This document shows positions 1-13,645 of a DNA stretch of 64,000 nucleotides, piece by piece (positions within the stretch are counted from its first letter, which is position 1; the number at the start of each line of letters is the position of its first letter). Origin of the DNA: Eledone cirrhosa (lineage: Eukaryota); contig OZ024743.1 in assembly GCA_964016885.1 (NCBI GenBank), positions 291,276,001 to 291,340,000 of the forward strand, written 5' to 3'. Below the pieces are notes generated by a model. It did not search any database and had not been told where the DNA came from. It worked only from the letters and a program-made list of their open reading frames with translations. A program made the translations under genes and the position numbers.

Positions 1-1354
1 AGGTAGAACCTAGATAATATCATTGAAAGTGGATATCATAGTTGAAATTGGGGTTTCATTTCTTGGTAGTGGTTTTAAAGCTGTTGGTAAAACAGCTGAT
101 CTAGATGCAATTATTGTAGTGTTATTGGTTCTGATGATGGGAATCGAGAAGTAGTCATATATGTTGTATTAATATTCATGCACACATTTCATGTTTTGAC
201 AATGTTTGCAATACAACGAGGATTAAAGTTGCATCGACTTAGTCAGTTAATTTACGATGAATATGTTTGTGATAAAAATATGATCATTTCTGCTGTTGAA
301 CATGAAGGTAATTATGATGATATATATGATAATTTTGATGAGGAATATGAAACTACTTACGATAATAATGAGGATCCAAGGAAAATAACGTTATTGTTGA
401 TGATGATAATGACGATAGCGTATGATTTGCATTGGTTGGTTTCATAATGTTTCTGGTGTTCCTGTTTCCCAGACGGAATGGGTTCATACAATCAAACTGA
501 ATACTACTAGAGGAAATGATGATGGAATTATTCTAAAGAAGTTCAATCTAATGAGCTATGTAATGTTTTTAACACACATGTCATATCCGTTATGTCAAAG
601 CTGTTATTACAAGTGCCGAGAATAAACATCAAGGCAGTAACTCTATATCGATGATATACAATTCTAAGCACGGCGACAACATATCTTCCAAACTAAAATA
701 TTTGTAGTTATCATTGTGGTGTTTGAACTGATCTGATAGGCCAGATATACGTTCGGTAAGCATTGGTGTTTACATCAGCCAGACGTGAAAGTAGTGAGAA
801 CAGATGAAGCGTATAGATATCCGGAAACCAACATATGGAAACGTTTCATGAAACTATAATGCAAACAAATTCCTAATGAATATTCGCCACATTAGAATGA
901 GGCTAACAAGGAAACAAAACTAGAAATTGGAAGCAATAAATAACATAGCAATCAAAGAAGCAAGATATGATTATAATGTGGTAAACTCGTAGGCTTTACG
1001 AATGCAATTGATGAATATTTTATCCGAAATATATATTATTTTAAGGTTAAAACGTATGGTAATACCACCACTGTATGCGGCCGGTATAATGAGATTCCCA
1101 GTACTGTACATGTAATGGTATAATAAAAGAAAATAACAAGATAATTTTGTTAACTATATTCATTGTGAGATATGCAAAAGCTATGTATCCAGCTAAAGAA
1201 GAATGATAAAAACACCTTATAGAATCTGTGGAAGATAAGTAAAACATTTAATTTTCTGTGATATGTAAGTACAAAATGCAAAGGAGATGAAAGGCAACGG
1301 AACGGATATTATTATGTGAAAATATATTATGTGAGAAGAGTATGTGAATAGGCG

Positions 1355-1515
1355 GTGGATTGGGAGTATCTGTAGAAAGTTGAACACCATGCTTTGCAGC
1401 ATAGAGTTACGTCCCTTTACGGTCTGCTTTGAAATCCCGCCGAGGTTAACTTTGCTTTTCATCCTCACGTGGTCGATAAAATAAAGCACTTTGGTGCCTA
1501 ATGCGCAACAGCAAT
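1355..1515 (+). mobile_element. tRNA-derived SINE, family 1 (decayed copy)
   Basis: Matches the repeated consensus GTGGATTGGCAGTATCGG..GAGTTCAAATCCCGCCGAGGTTAACTTTGCCTTTCATCC..GGTCGATAAAATAAAGTACC seen at 47493 and 52201; A/B-box-like head. Confidence 0.8.
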
Positions 1516-2494
1516 AACATATTGGGAAACATATTTGAAATGTCTGCTAATAGAAAGACGTAGATTTTGAAATAGCATGAATGTGGAATACAGTGGCAAG
1601 AATATTCGCAGATACTGAAGGAAGACTAGGAGCTCTGGAAGCAATATTAAAGTATTTTTTTAAATGTTGGGACACATTCCTTGAGTCAAAACACGAAAAA
1701 TACGTTGCGGATATGTATATATACATCAGTAAATTATATACCTGCATCAAAAGTATATTAACAATCTACTCCATTCCTGAGTTGCAGATATATTTCAGTG
1801 GAGAGGTGTACAAGCACCATTATCAGGAGAACCATAATGATACACCCCATGATATAAGAATGTCTTACAAAACATCTCTTGGAAGGTGAGTGTGTAAATG
1901 CGCCGTTCCAAACATTTTCTGAAAAAATATCCTGTACACATATGAAAATGACAATGCAAATGTACTATGGGGCTTCGGCTAGTTGCAGATATTAATAAAT
2001 AACAGGCAAAACCTATCTAAATGTTACAAGCTGACGTACTAGATGATTACACTTTGTTAACTGTTGAATTAAAAAGAGTATTGCAAATTTAAAAATCGTC
2101 GATCTATCTAATGGTATATTATCCATGACATTCACCTATTATTGGAATTTCCGACACTTATATGTTCTCTCTCAATAATATATTCCAGAAAATTAGAATA
2201 TTTTCTCAGTATTAATGTTTTAAAATATGATTGCATCGTTCTATAAAAACAATTGTTAAACTTGTATCTATTATGTGTGTGTAGAATGGGATAAGTAATA
2301 TAGCTTGGCAATGTTACATGTAAAAATGTAAATTCTTGATGCCACCTTTCAACACACGACTCATAAGGGTTTAAAAAAACTCATCTATATATGTGTGTTT
2401 CCTTACCTACATCTATTCCCCTCGTAGATCTATCCATAGTTACATCACAAAACCAGTAAACGAATTGAAGAAAATTAATGTGAATATGTAGTGC

Positions 2495-2532
2495 ATGCGA
2501 ACATTTTTTCGTAGACACACTTCATCAGGCGT
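2495..2532 (-). ncRNA. Possible decayed minimal hammerhead ribozyme
   Basis: Minus strand reads GC-CTGATGA-AGTGTGTCTAC-GAAA-AAATGT-TC-GC; core intact but stems I-III very short or imperfect. Confidence 0.35.
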
Positions 2533-4153
2533 GTTCTTTCAAACACTAGAAAGAAAAATATGTTTCATATTGATGGTAGCACAAAACCTAAGTGTGATTT
2601 GCCGATGTGCATTATGCTGTTCTGGAGGCCCAGGTTGTGAATTAATATGTAAGTGGCTATATATTTCTGAGACCCGTGCTATACAAAGCCAATACATGCA
2701 TAATATAGCATTGAAGTATTGTATCGCAATGCTCAGCCTTATAGAACAGCCAGATAATCGGATCATCTCCATGCGTGACCAACCTAAAAGTGTTGATTCT
2801 ATGGTAGTCTAGATTATGTAATATTCCGCTCCGCATTCGAAACTTCTAGGGTTTGATGGGAGGGAGATATCCCTACTATTTCTAAGTGAATGAAGGAGAA
2901 CAAAACATGTTGCTGAGTGGCTCTATGCATTTTCTATAGATCCAGGAAACGGTTAGTCAAATTCAATACAGAAGTTAACTAATGATATAAAACATGCAAG
3001 CTGCATAATTGTGTATAGTTTATATGCATATATATAATTGATGCAAATGTGTGTTCATAATCTTTACTCAAAAGACATGCATGAGAAAGTAAAGCGTGGG
3101 GAATGGATGCAATATGTATATTGCTAGGGTGCGATATTTTTGCAGTAACAGAGACAACGTATTATCGTATTTATTTGCGCTTTTGTCATGAATTCAATTC
3201 GTGCCGCAGTCGAATTTGCTTCCCATTACTCCAGGATTGATAAATATAGTGTGAAGTGAAATAAATCAAGCAATATTCGTTAGATACCATAATGATTTTG
3301 TTGGAGTCAATTTTACACATCATTATGCAATACTTTATCTAGAAGAAACTATTATGATAACTATGACATCTATTGGGCGGTAAAACATTCAATTTTAAGT
3401 GAAAAATATCTAGACGAGATAGCGTATCATGTGGAAAATATATGACATGAATGACTTTCAAAACCTGGTCCGTGACGATGGTTTACAGAAAAAAGATGGT
3501 TAGGCGTTTGATTTCTAGCAGGTATTTTTGAATCGAGGTAAACATCTCTGTTGGCAGAGTGAGAGATGTCAAGAATGATTCATTAGTTTTCAGTCAATAA
3601 GAAAGCCGATAAGACTACGTAAAATCTTTGAAGCATGTTAATTAAAATAAGAATCTTTGAAATGTCCTTTAATTGTGTAGAATCGATATTAATAAAGGAA
3701 ATTATAGTAACAGAAACAATGCACACATGTGTTATTGTGTCAGTTCTATTTTAGCAATCGGATTCTAATTGCTGCAGTAAGAAGCAAACACAGAAATATT
3801 GGAACTAACATATTTTATTTCCTAATAATACAGCCAGAAGAAACTAAAGCAAACCCAAAATTTTGCGAACAAATGGCGAAGTTGATTATTAACGAATTTC
3901 AAATTGCACAATAAGGAAACCCGAAGCGGAAGGTGCGTCTTGCAAAAATCAATATAATCAAGATCCCGAGAAGAATTTGCCAATTATAAGATAGTATTGA
4001 GGTACATTGTAGAATGTAATGGTAACATTCATATTTAGTTAACAAACCTGTTCAATTATAGAACTGGAATTCTTGGAAAAATTGTATATAAACTTAAAAT
4101 AGTGAGTATACTTCATTTCAAAGATAGACTAAAAAGAATGAGACTGAAGATGA

Positions 4154-4193
<40 letters not shown>

Positions 4194-4199
<6 letters not shown>

Positions 4200-4216
4200 C
4201 TAATACTGCCATATCT

Positions 4217-4288
<72 letters not shown>

Positions 4289-4311
4289 AGATATGGCAGT
4301 ATTAGAAATTA
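4194..4311. repeat. 27-bp inverted repeat facing inward around a (TA)n tract
   Basis: TAATTTCTAATACTGCCATATCTGTTT (4194-4220) - (TA)n - AAACAGATATGGCAGTATTAGAAATTA (4285-4311). Confidence 0.9.
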
Positions 4312-5859
4312 CGTAGACATTAGGATAATACTGCCTGAGATGCTTCCGCCTACTAGATAAGGGGAACTGAAAACCTGAAAGTAACAACACCAACAACTAA
4401 TACAAATAGAAGTATAGGAAATAATGTCTGGGTAAGTATTTAAAGGAGTAAATTTAGGCATATTAAAGTTTTGGATATGCGCATATGCTCATGACACCAA
4501 GAATTAGATGATGACCGAAGACGAAGCGATTACATCATAGAGACTAAAAATATATCAGGTATTAAACAAACAAAAACAAAATTGTTTCAATAGTATTGAA
4601 GAGAAGAAATATTGAAGTTAGCAGACAGTTGGGAGAATTATAAGTAATAAATCGAACGTTGATATATATTTCGGAAATATTTTTGTTAATCTTATAAAGA
4701 CGGCAAAGGATTCTTTTAAACATTATAGAATCTCTCAGAACTGTCATAATATTGAGTTTCACCACGAAGCATGTTTATCACCTCTTAGTTGTATAATTTA
4801 TTCTCGAGTTCGAGGACTGATAGGATTGGGATGAGATACTGACGTTCGTCTACAACAGTCTAAATATTTTTAGAAGAGAAAGGACGTTGAAGGCAATGAG
4901 GATTTTATGGAATGAGTGATATAGTGAGCCACCGATGATGGTTGTAATAATGTTGCCAGTAGTGTTTTCTATACTGTGTGACCCATAAAGGGTTACGATA
5001 GACTTCGCATTTCTTCCTAGTGGTGAGCTGAGTTTGAGTATGCATGCGCAATGAAATATTTGGCCGCCTGAAAAGATGACTTACATCCACATTTAAATCA
5101 GACATCTAGGTGGACAGGATGCTCTTTCTCGCTGAAGACACCCACATGTGACTGCACGTGGAATTTACAGCAAGCACTCCAAAGGCGTTGCCAGCAACGA
5201 TAAGCCTGTATGTTGGGTCATATGGTTATGTTGGTTAGAGCTGTAACTCTCCAAAGAAGAAGGACTCCGATCTCTGTGAATGTTACGAAAATAGATCTCT
5301 GATTTGGGAGGGACAAATGTCATCCACATCGTTACGAATGGTACATGTTATGCACCGGCGGTTATCAAATCCCTTTTTGAGGTGTATCAAAAGATATGTC
5401 ATACATGAGTTTGTGTGTCTCTTGACGTTTTCGTCTATTAGCGGATATAGCCTCCAGTGTGTACACAGACCAGTGTAGATAGAGCCTCCAGTGTGTGCTG
5501 GACTATCGATATTTTCGAATCCATCACACAGCTAAAAGTAGAAATACCACCTTCAAAAAATGAAGCTGGGTAGCTAAAGAAAACAGAGTGGCATGTAGAA
5601 TTGGATGTCAGAACGAAGCAACGAGGGGACTGACTTTACCGCCAGAGACCATAACACATTTGTAATATATCGAGATTTGATGACAAACCTATGCGTTAAA
5701 CATTGGCAATAACTATATGATGATATTGGAATGTTTCCTAATTTGAGAGAGATGTTTGACTGAATGCACAGCGAACAAAGTGGAATATGTTTTCCGCATC
5801 AATAGATTCAATTTAAATAAATTAATCATTAATATGTTGATACTCGAAAGGTTATACTG

Positions 5860-5940
<81 letters not shown>

Positions 5941-6009
5941 CATACACAGACATTCATATTCATATATTTGTAAATATATATATGCATGTTTATATGTGTA
6001 GTGTATATA

Positions 6010-6043
<34 letters not shown>

Positions 6044-6231
6044 ATGAAGGAAATGTGGAAAGGAACCAGGTGTACCATAACGCACCAAAGTACTCAATAC
6101 TTAGGGTAGTAGAGTGGGTAATAGGAACGAGTAGAACCCCGACGGCTGAGCTCAAGCCGTTTCGACGGCTAATTCTGAGTCTATAATTAGCCGTCGAAAC
6201 GGCTTGAGCTCAGCCGTCGGGGCCCTACTCG

Positions 6232-6234
<3 letters not shown>
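6044..6234. mobile_element. PLE terminal-repeat family A, head-to-head inverted cassette with 3' half of a hammerhead
   Basis: Palindrome 6125-6234 with loop 6175-6184 containing GTC-GAAA-CGGCTTGAGCTCAGCCG-TC-GGGG; left arm extends ~80 nt further; flanked by (TA)n. Homologous to 8783-8890, 26495, 37548, 53270. Confidence 0.8.
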
Positions 6235-6297
<63 letters not shown>

Positions 6298-6481
6298 AAT
6301 ATATATATATCCATATGTTTATTTATATATTCATATATATATATATATGTATATATACATATGATAGTCACCATATTTCTCGGTGATTAAGTACAGTGTT
6401 TACTTATATTGAAGTTAAAATATCTCAACGTTACCGATCAGCTACATTTAAACTGATAATCATCAGACATAAATGCTTATT

Positions 6482-6514
<33 letters not shown>

Positions 6515-6516
<2 letters not shown>

Positions 6517-7330
6517 CGTTTCTGAATTTGTTAAGCAAGATTATTTATCTGAAAACGTGTGTTGAGACCGATATTGTTATGCTCTGGGAGGGTCATGTTG
6601 CCAATAAGAATCACATGCACCAGTTGCTTTCACTCCAGTTCATTTATGTTTCTTGCCTCTGTGATTTGTTTAAACATTGCGTCTTTTCTGTGTGTAGATT
6701 CTATTTTAATTTCTATGTTCTCTAATTTACCCTTATTTTCTATTTTAGCATGTTGGTGGAGTACAGAGGATTCTTTTCTATCTTGAAGCTCTCGCCAGTG
6801 TTCATTTATCCGTTCTGCTATAATAAGAGCTGTCTCACCTGTGTACACTATATTTTTATCTCTACATTGTCCTTCAGTACATGTTATGCTTATGGGGGCT
6901 TAGTTTACAGATTATACATTTCCTATATATACAGGAAGGTCTTTGAAAAGGGTATGTATTGCTAATAAGTGGTTTTGTGGAGGTACCTGGTCTTTCTACT
7001 ATCTTAATATTGAGTTTATGTTTATCTAGGGCCCTTCTAAATGTGTAAGCTAATTCACCTCTAGGGGTTGTATTGATAAACATTACACTCTGGTATTTAA
7101 TGCTATCATACCGTGAGTTTATGCTAATAACCTTATTACTAGTTCTTTCTATGCTATTCCAAAATTTGCTCCTATACAATGGGCAGGTCCCATTTGTATC
7201 ACTATTTACCATTTTTCCCATTTGGTTCTGGCTCCTCAATATACTCTGATTTTATCTCTCTGATTGTAACCAGAGAACTGCATACGGTGGATGAAGTGTT
7301 GTATGGTATCGCAATTTAGTACCTCAATGG
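6515..7330 (-). mobile_element. Penelope-like element fragment (RT C-terminus, linker, GIY-YIG) fused to family B 3' tail
   Basis: ORF 6630-6848 YTGETALIIAERINEHW..HQH (GIY-YIG-like); ORF 6874-7239 VMFINTTPRGELA..KIVERPG..C..C..C linker; 6515-6630 matches family B tail. Confidence 0.75.
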
Positions 7331-7339
7331 TACTACATT

Positions 7340-8010
7340 GTTGTATAGTACCTCAATGGCCAAGAAAACACACACATATAGATGTAACGGGTGGACCAGA
7401 GCCATACGGACGCCCGAAAATCACGATGAAATAAAGAAAATGATTGCACATGCGGTGAGGGCCAGTACAAAATTAACCCTTAAGGAACATTTGTTCAAAT
7501 TTAATGGAAAACCACATGCCCAAGAGGAGGGAGCATCTATTCAAAATCAACATACTGATTGCGGATTTGGTACGGGTGATGAGAAACGTGTCACGCATGC
7601 GCAACCCCAAAGAACTTGAGAGACACATACAACACTTCATCCCCCGTGTGCAGTTCTCTGAGATAAAATCAGAGTATATAGGGGAGCCAGAATCAAATGG
7701 GAAAAAAATGGTAAATAATGATACAAATGGGGCCTGCCCCTTGTATAGGAGCAAATTTTGGAATAGAATAGAAAGTACTAGGAATAATGTTAATAGAATA
7801 AACTCATGGTATGATAGCAATAAATACCAGAGTGTAATGTTCATCAATACAACCCCTAGAGGTGAATTAGCTTACACATTTACAAGGGCCCTAGATAAAC
7901 ATAAACTCAATATTAAGATTGTAGAAAGATCAGGTACCTCCATAAAAACACTTATTAGCAATACATACCCTTTTCAAAGACCTCCCTGTAAAGATAAACT
8001 AAACATGTAG
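7340..8010 (+). mobile_element. Penelope-like element fragment, inverted partner of 6515-7330
   Basis: EHLFKFNGKPHAQEEGASI (RT motif B region) then ORF 7504-8010, nearly identical in reverse orientation to ORF 6874-7239. Confidence 0.75.
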
Positions 8011-8782
8011 CTTGTATAAGACTCTTTGTTTCGTGGCGGTACCCTTAGAGTTAGCACTAGTATTTTTTTGCGGGACCCTGAATTATATTCTCGTACTAGT
8101 TTACTTTCTTGCACTGGGTGGTTGCTGGCCCTGTGATTGGGGTAGAAACCTTTATTATTTTCGTGGTAGTCTCTTTAGTATTCTGCCCCCCCCCCCTTTG
8201 TTGACCCGTCACCGTACGATACACGCACTTATACCTCGTATAAGGGTCCCTTTATTTCCGTCCCACCTAGTTTATTTCTATTGTACCAGTAATGCACTGG
8301 TTAATTGCTGGCCTTGTGCCTAAAGTAGAAACAATTATTATTATTTATTTTTTTATTCTACATTATATATATATATATTTTTTTTTTTTTTATTTATTTA
8401 TCTATTCTTTTATTCACTTATTTGTTTATTTATTTATGTATGTGTTTCTTTAGCCTAGCAATAGCGAGAGACTTATGCCTTAGTAACCAGATTTTGCTTT
8501 TTTTTTCTCTCTCAGTACCTTTTATAGTTTTACCTCTCATTGTTCTACTTACCGTTTCGACCTCCCCCCCCCCCCTCCCCCTCCCCAGTATCCTCTTTGA
8601 CCTCACACCCAGCTGTAGCTGGCACTACCAACGCATGAATGGGTCTATTCCACCCCCTCTCCCTTTTTCTTCTACCGGCAGGTTTAGCTACCCCTTCCCG
8701 CACCAACATGCCATCACAGATTTACTACTAACTTGTGATGTGACCAATGCTGGTGATTATCTCTTTGACCATATATGGAATT

Positions 8783-8876
8783 ACCCCTTGATAAGTTCGG
8801 CTATTTAAATACCAGAATAAATGTTCATTTAGTACAGAATTAGCCGTCGAAACGGCTTGAGCTCAGCCGTCGGGGT
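8783..8876 (+). ncRNA. Type-I hammerhead ribozyme motif, family A (U3-A8 core variant)
   Basis: Stem I ACCCC/GGGGT; core TTGATAA; long stem II CGGCTATTT..AATTAGCCG; GAAA; stem III ACGGCT..AGCCGT; NUH=GTC (8869-8871). Confidence 0.7.
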
Positions 8877-8886
8877 CTTACTTGTT

Positions 8887-8925
<39 letters not shown>

Positions 8926-9420
8926 CAGTGTATATATATATATATAGCAGTGTATATATATATATATATATAATTCTATTTCATATTTTTCATATTTTTA
9001 GCAATGCTTCTGTTTCATTAGATTATTAGTATGTATGAATGTAAATATATATCCGTGTACGTGCGTGCTTCTTTTTTCCTATATGTCTAGGTGCATATGT
9101 GTAGCAAGAGTTTGTGAAATATACGTGAGTTTTGGAATCTAAGAAGACACAATATCCTTTTAATAACTGTGCATACATATTCGCATTTCCATCATCTACT
9201 TTCCTACATATTTTTCGTCTCACACAGACGTATATATTCCATACACATGTATACATTAAATAAGTAAGTACCTTAAGGCAGTCGGTTGTGTATTCTGATA
9301 CATGTATCATCTCTATTCATGTTCAAGGCATCAGCCAAAATGAATTCCTTCTTAATGATGTAATGGAATTGCTTTTAGATAAAATTGGCATTTGCAATGA
9401 AGTATATATATATATATATA

Positions 9421-9492
<72 letters not shown>

Positions 9493-9751
9493 GTAGGAAG
9501 TATATTGTAATTCGATTTCTTTTCTACTATGATATTAATTAATCTTTTCACCTGCCAAAATCACCATGACTGTTGTATTGCTTGGTTCATCTTGGTTTCC
9601 GAAGATTTAATTGCTGTAAAATAATTCATTAAGTTTGAATTACAACCACATTCTTTCTATTCCTATCTTTACTTGGCATCCGTATAATTACACTAGTTGC
9701 CTTTCAAAGATTGAAATAATTTATGCTCCTGCATATTTTTATTCTATATCG

Positions 9752-9935
9752 GTAGATTGGTAGGATCTGTACAGCGTCGGAAGATATGATTTGCAATATA
9801 GAGTTACGACACATTACGTTCTGATTCAAATCCCCGCGGATTGATGAAATAAAGTACATTTAACGCACTGGGGGTCGATTTAAACGACTTTCACCTCCCC
9901 CAATATCGTTAGGCTTGTACCTAAATCTGAAACCG
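9752..9935 (+). mobile_element. tRNA-derived SINE family 1 (old, longer variant)
   Basis: Decayed match to family 1 head, AAATAAAGTAC core and GCTTGTACCTAAATCTGAAAC end. Confidence 0.6.
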
Positions 9936-10869
9936 TTGTTATTTAAAAATAAATACTGCATATAGTATACACTAACCAAAATCAGATGTTGAACGATTAT
10001 ATAGATCCCCAGTAAAGGAAGGAAGAGACCTTAGACAACTAGAGAATGATTACTAAATAGCAACTGTAGAACTACAAAAATATCTAACGAAGAAGAAGTG
10101 GAAATTATCTCAAACAGCGAATTTTAATTCCAAATGTGTATTGTCTGGGTGTTTAATCAATTTGGGAAGCGTTTCCAATGATTATTAGTTGGTTTGAATG
10201 ATAAAGACCATCAAGACCATCACTTTGCACTTGTAGAATAATGGTTTCATACGCGTTTTGAGGGGATGACGTCCCTATTAGCCAAGGAATGTATATCTCG
10301 GTGGCGTGTTTAACTTTCCTCGGCTTCCTGCCTGTTGTTTGATATTTATCTGTGAGTACACGTTTTGTCAATTACTTGCAATGTGTTCTTGGGTGTGACT
10401 CTCTGGAGAGTGACTTTCTTTTCTTCTATTAACATGTCTTCGTCATGATTTGCTAACTGCTATCGTGGCTAATAAGTTAGTATCTAAGTGGCTTACAGAT
10501 ATGTAGGCTGGCTAGTTGTTTTTCCGGACTGGCTAGCTGGCTGGCTAGCGTGTTGACTTATTTATTTACAAGATGGCTTAATAGCTTGCTGCTACTAAAT
10601 AAAATAGTTCTCTGCGAAAATACTAAAGTACTTTTATTGTTGTTTACAATACTTTATATATTACTATATTGCTAATTACAACTCTCATTATTCGGGGTTG
10701 TGGTGGCAGTGTTGTTAGTGGTGATGGTTTTCATACTTACTGGGAGAGAGCGAAGATTATAGGAATAAGAGTCTTATAATATTTTTCTTGCAGCCCTACT
10801 TTTGATGTTTAAAGAATTGAATTATATTCGATAATATCTGCCACTAGAGGGAGACATGAGAATTATCAA

Positions 10870-11480
10870 CCTAACACTTGTAGGGGGGGGGGGCGAGACA
10901 CAAGTAATACAATTTTGCTATGTCTAGAAGCTCAAAATTGATTAAGTTGTCGATAGATTCAGACAGAGTAGAAAGGTGGTACGAACATAACCCAGGGGGC
11001 GTTTTCGAAAATAATAATGCAAAGATTTTATGGGACTTCGTGATACAATGTTTCCATATACTTCAGTATAGATGAACGGGTATTGTATTAATTGAAAGAG
11101 AAAGCACACAGTGTTGGATCATAAATATAGCCTGTCCCACTGATAAGAAGGTATGCGATAGAGAAAGAAAGAAATTGACAGACATGACTGGTTAGCTTGG
11201 GAGGTTAAGCAGTTGTGGTCATTGACAGGCGTGGTCGTTATACACATAATAGTTGGAGTCTTAGGAACAGTGGGCATATGATTTGAGAAATATATTAACC
11301 TAATAAGGATTGCAATACGGATGGAACACTTACAAAAACAGCATTGCTGGAACAACTCGAATATCCCGAAGGATACTCAAAAAGTAAGTTGTGTTAAATC
11401 CATTCACTGGTAGTGAACAACTAACTGTAATACATCTTCAGCCTTAGAAACTTAATGAGGAATCAACAATAATAGTGATA
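10870..11480 (+). mobile_element. R4/Dong-clade non-LTR retrotransposon 3' fragment (restriction-like endonuclease), decayed
   Basis: Conceptual translation ENNNAKILWDFVIQ..WLAWEVKQLWSL..IIVGVLGTV..EHLQK resembles the R4/Dong RLE C-terminus; multiple stops. Confidence 0.65.
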
Positions 11481-12004
11481 AGGATTTCAGATTTAGGTAC
11501 AAGGACAGAGGGGGAGTCGATTAAATCGATCCCAGTGTATTACTGGTGCTTTATGTTATCGACGCCGTAAGGATTAATAAAATAAAGTAACAGTAAGGCA
11601 CTGGGTAGATTTAATCGACTTTCTCCTCCACCAAAATTGGATTGGCTAGCAACCAGGACCACACTGAAAATGAAATTCGCAAGTGTATGTTCAAATATGA
11701 ATGGAATAACAGACTACACTCAATAACAAATTCGGATAAACAAATTGTAAAATCTCTCAAAGTATTAAACCTTGAAGCAGAGATGTACCGTATGTGGGTG
11801 ATATCCACAAACACTATCCCTCTTTTAACTTTACGACTTGGAATAATACCAATATCTTCTGACCTCGAGTTTGGCATTTCCCGGTAGAATAAGTGAATAT
11901 GAGTTACTAAGGTTTGGTAACTAGGGGCACAGCACAATTGCCCTACGTTCAAGGCCTGAACCCGGCAACAAATAGACAGAACAGAACCAAGTGAAACAAT
12001 TTAA

Positions 12005-12535
12005 TAATAATTGTTTCTACTTTTGCACAAGGCGAGCAATTATCCAGTGCATTACTGGTACTTTATTTTATCGATCCCGAAAGGATGAAAGGTAAAGTTA
12101 ACCTTGGCGGGATTTGAACTCAGAATGACAAGGGCCGTAACTCTATGCGTCAAACGAAGGTGTCCGACCCTCTGTCGATACTGGCAATCCACCGCCCTAA
12201 TAACATAATACTACTTGTTTCTACTTTTGGCACAAGGCCAGCAATCACCCAGTGTATTACTGGTACTTTATTTTATCGACCCCGTAAGGATGAAAGGCAA
12301 AGTGAACCTCGGCTGGATTTGAACTCAAACCATAAAGGGGCGTAACTCTATGCTGCAAAGCATCGCGTCCGACCTTCTATTGATACTGCCAATCCCCCAA
12401 TAATAATTCTTTCTACATTTGGCACAAGACCAGCAATTATTTCAGTGTATTACTGGTAATTTATTTTATCGACTCCGTAAAATAAAGTACCAGTAATACT
12501 CTGGGATAATTGCTGGCCTTGTGCCAAAAGTAATG
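12005..12535 (-). mobile_element. Cluster of SINE family 1 copies (three tandem minus copies plus an inverted 3' fragment)
   Basis: Copies at ~12005-12195, ~12213-12397, ~12400-12478 (minus) and ~12478-12535 (plus), with (ATT)n tails. Confidence 0.85.
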
Positions 12536-12659
12536 AACATAAAATATATAAATTGGAAAATAATAACATAACGATTTATCAACATCAAGCTACGAACCCT
12601 CACAGTATTTCTTAACAAGAATATATATACATTATATAGAATATATATATATATTATAT

Positions 12660-12800
<141 letters not shown>

Positions 12801-13596
12801 AAAGCCTTTAGGAGTAATAAGAGGGTGTGTGAAAATATAAAGACCAACAAATTAAATAACAACAATAATATAAGAGTGTGATTATCCGCATTGTTGAAAT
12901 ATTTCCAGTCTCAATGAACATACTGGCTACAATCAAGAAGAAAGCGAAATCATGCTTGCATCAAAATTCGAACAGATTTTTTTTTAAATGCTCAATGACA
13001 CCAATGGTGGTACACATAAGTTGCGCTGATGACTCGTTTTCAGGGTTGTAATAACAGCGCACACGATCGGTATGCAATAATGTTCATAACAACAACAACA
13101 ATAATATTATAAACTATAAATTATGGGCAATATAATAATAAATACGTTAAACAAGTATTTATAAACAATATTAATAGAATAATTATTACAATTATCATTT
13201 CTATGTTCGTTTTGTTGTAATTGTTTTGCTTCATCATTTTTTCCTTTATCTTTTTTTAACATTGGTCTTAGTGAAATGATGACGTTAACTATTTATCATT
13301 GCCCATATAAAAGCAACCTATCATATTTATAGATGTTGATATTAGGAATGAAAATATGATTATTTATTAATGAGGTTTCATAGATATTGACAATTTCTCA
13401 GGAAAAAATTCTGTCCCTGCATTCCCCACACGACCTTCCTTCATCCCACCTATTTTATATATGCCACTTCTTTTTCATATCAGTATTTTCACAGAAAGAT
13501 CAATGCTTCATATAATGGATATCGTTTTTTTTTTCCTTTTACAGAATACCATTTTCCTGTTTTCAAAAAGTTGTTTCATCTTTAAATATATGTGTA

Positions 13597-13645
<49 letters not shown>

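Noticed and set aside
620-2350. Possible very old LINE remnant (ORF 1581-1889, KYVADM)
   Set aside because: Motifs too decayed to classify by eye.
4900-5400. Possible PLE endonuclease remnant on minus strand
   Set aside because: Only a CxxC-like hint; no clear GIY-YIG motif.
12005-12535. CRISPR-like repeat array
   Set aside because: Tandem SINE copies of ~190 bp with no spacer structure; eukaryotic context.
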